Shown: positions 62,941 through 63,829 of the stretch, piece by piece | Numbering within the stretch: position 1 is the stretch's first letter | Layout of the letters: every line of letters begins with the position of its first letter | Source of the DNA: a virus | Taxonomy: Duplodnaviria > Caudoviricetes | DNA: 63,829 bases | Direction: 5' to 3' (one strand) | IMG/VR virus record: IMGVR_UViG_3300025875_000017 | Span: 1-63,829 of that record | Program-made: the position numbers and the translations under genes | Notes under the pieces: generated by a model | Told to the model about the DNA's origin: nothing | Database searches by the model: none | The model's input: only the letters and a program-made list of their open reading frames with translations

Positions 62941-63195
62941 GTGATGAAGGTGCAAAACCAGCGTGAGGCGGCGCGCATGCGTCAGGAGGCTGCTAAGCTG
63001 ACTGTTGCTGAGGCCCAACGCATGCTTAACATGGCTTATAATTATGCTGCCGCCACGCAGCTTGCGGAGATGCGGGCCAAGCTGGAAGCGCTGGGTAACC
63101 AACTAGTTGTAGAAGCCGTCAGTTCAAGTTTTAGCGAACAGCGTGACGTAATGCTGGCTTTTGCTGGACAGGTTCATAAAATCGCGCGCGGCTAG
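62941..63195 (+). CDS. hypothetical protein
   Basis: GGAGGG RBS. Confidence 0.55.
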   Translation: MMKVQNQREAARMRQEAAKLTVAEAQRMLNMAYNYAAATQLAEMRAKLEALGNQLVVEAVSSSFSEQRDVMLAFAGQVHKIARG

Positions 63196-63269
63196 CCCTA
63201 TTGACGTTGCGGCGGCACCCTGCAACACTCACACCACCGGCAGCACCCCGGACACGACGTGGAGGAATA

Positions 63270-63656
63270 ATGAATGGTCAGGTAGAAAACGTGACTGCCC
63301 CAAAGACTGGCACTTATAGTGTTGACGCCGTACTGTCGGCCGCCAGCGGAAAAATGCTGTGCGATTCGTTCAGTCCCGTTCACGAGGTCGTCACCGACGT
63401 CGCTGGCTGGCCCGTAATGACTCACCACATGGCCAACCGCGAGCTGGTGGACAGCGTTGCGGCGCGCATCATCCGACAAGTCCCGTGGATGCCGGGCGCA
63501 ATCGAGAACATGCCGACCTTTAGCGGGCTCGACGACCCGAAGGCTGCCGTTCTGGCCTACGTGGCACGCATCCGCCAGGCGCACGGCGACACCGTCACGC
63601 TTAAGCTCGATGAGCCGCTGCCCGCGCTTGGCCTGTTCGACGGGTTTACTCGGTGA
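63270..63656 (+). CDS. hypothetical protein
   Basis: GGAGGA RBS; VLS...G..LC..F..VHE......G.PV.TH motif. Confidence 0.65.
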   Translation: MNGQVENVTAPKTGTYSVDAVLSAASGKMLCDSFSPVHEVVTDVAGWPVMTHHMANRELVDSVAARIIRQVPWMPGAIENMPTFSGLDDPKAAVLAYVARIRQAHGDTVTLKLDEPLPALGLFDGFTR

Positions 63657-63829
63657 CCGCCCCGACGTCCGCCGAGTATGCGGCCGCCGACAACATCACC
63701 GCCGGCATGGGACGCGACCCAAAGACTGAGGCCGAACTGCGGGAACGAGTCGCGCAGGTATTGGCTGACGTGCAGGGGAAGTATGAGTTGGTTGCAAGTG
63801 AGTTGCTTTATTTGGGTGGTGGTATTGCA
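63653..63829 (+). CDS. hypothetical protein spanning the circular junction (continues through 5..205)
   Basis: GTG at 63653 overlaps the previous stop; MTAPTSAEYAAADNITAG is in frame with MGRDPKTEAELRER of ORF 5..205. Confidence 0.75.
   Translation, partial: MTAPTSAEYAAADNITAGMGRDPKTEAELRERVAQVLADVQGKYELVASELLYLGGGIA

Noticed and set aside
63703-63829. Terminal direct repeat as a biological DTR
   Set aside because: It is exactly 127 nt and falls mid-gene, typical of assembler k-mer overlap on a circular contig. The real ends are more likely near the HNH-terS gap.

Overview
The window is an apparently complete, circularly assembled genome (~63,702 bp; the last 127 nt repeat nt 1-127) of a high-GC siphovirus infecting an actinobacterium. 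I see no lysin B, integrase, CI-type repressor or DNA polymerase. Gene order: WhiB and small early genes; an HTH gene with a 19-bp-spacer promoter; a GIY-YIG nuclease; a ~540-nt structured non-coding region; tRNA-Leu(CAA) and tRNA-Gln(UUG); small genes and a coiled-coil fibre gene interrupted by antisense cassettes; HNH, terminase, portal, capsid and tail genes (with -1 frameshift chaperone and a 1687-aa tape measure protein, TMP); amidase endolysin and holin; a ~12.6-kb post-lysis hydrolase/appendage block (thermonuclease, S53 sedolisin, two beta-helix proteins, GH26, two SGNH esterases); divergent leaderless promoters; a RecE/RecT-like pair; a replication initiator with iterons; and a primase-helicase. 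The most striking unexplained signal is a 91-aa gene (4745-5020) whose last 33 residues are 22/33 identical to the last 33 residues of the TMP while codons have diverged synonymously. It is a candidate TMP C-terminus mimic or decoy. All family calls come from motif recognition by eye, not from database searches.
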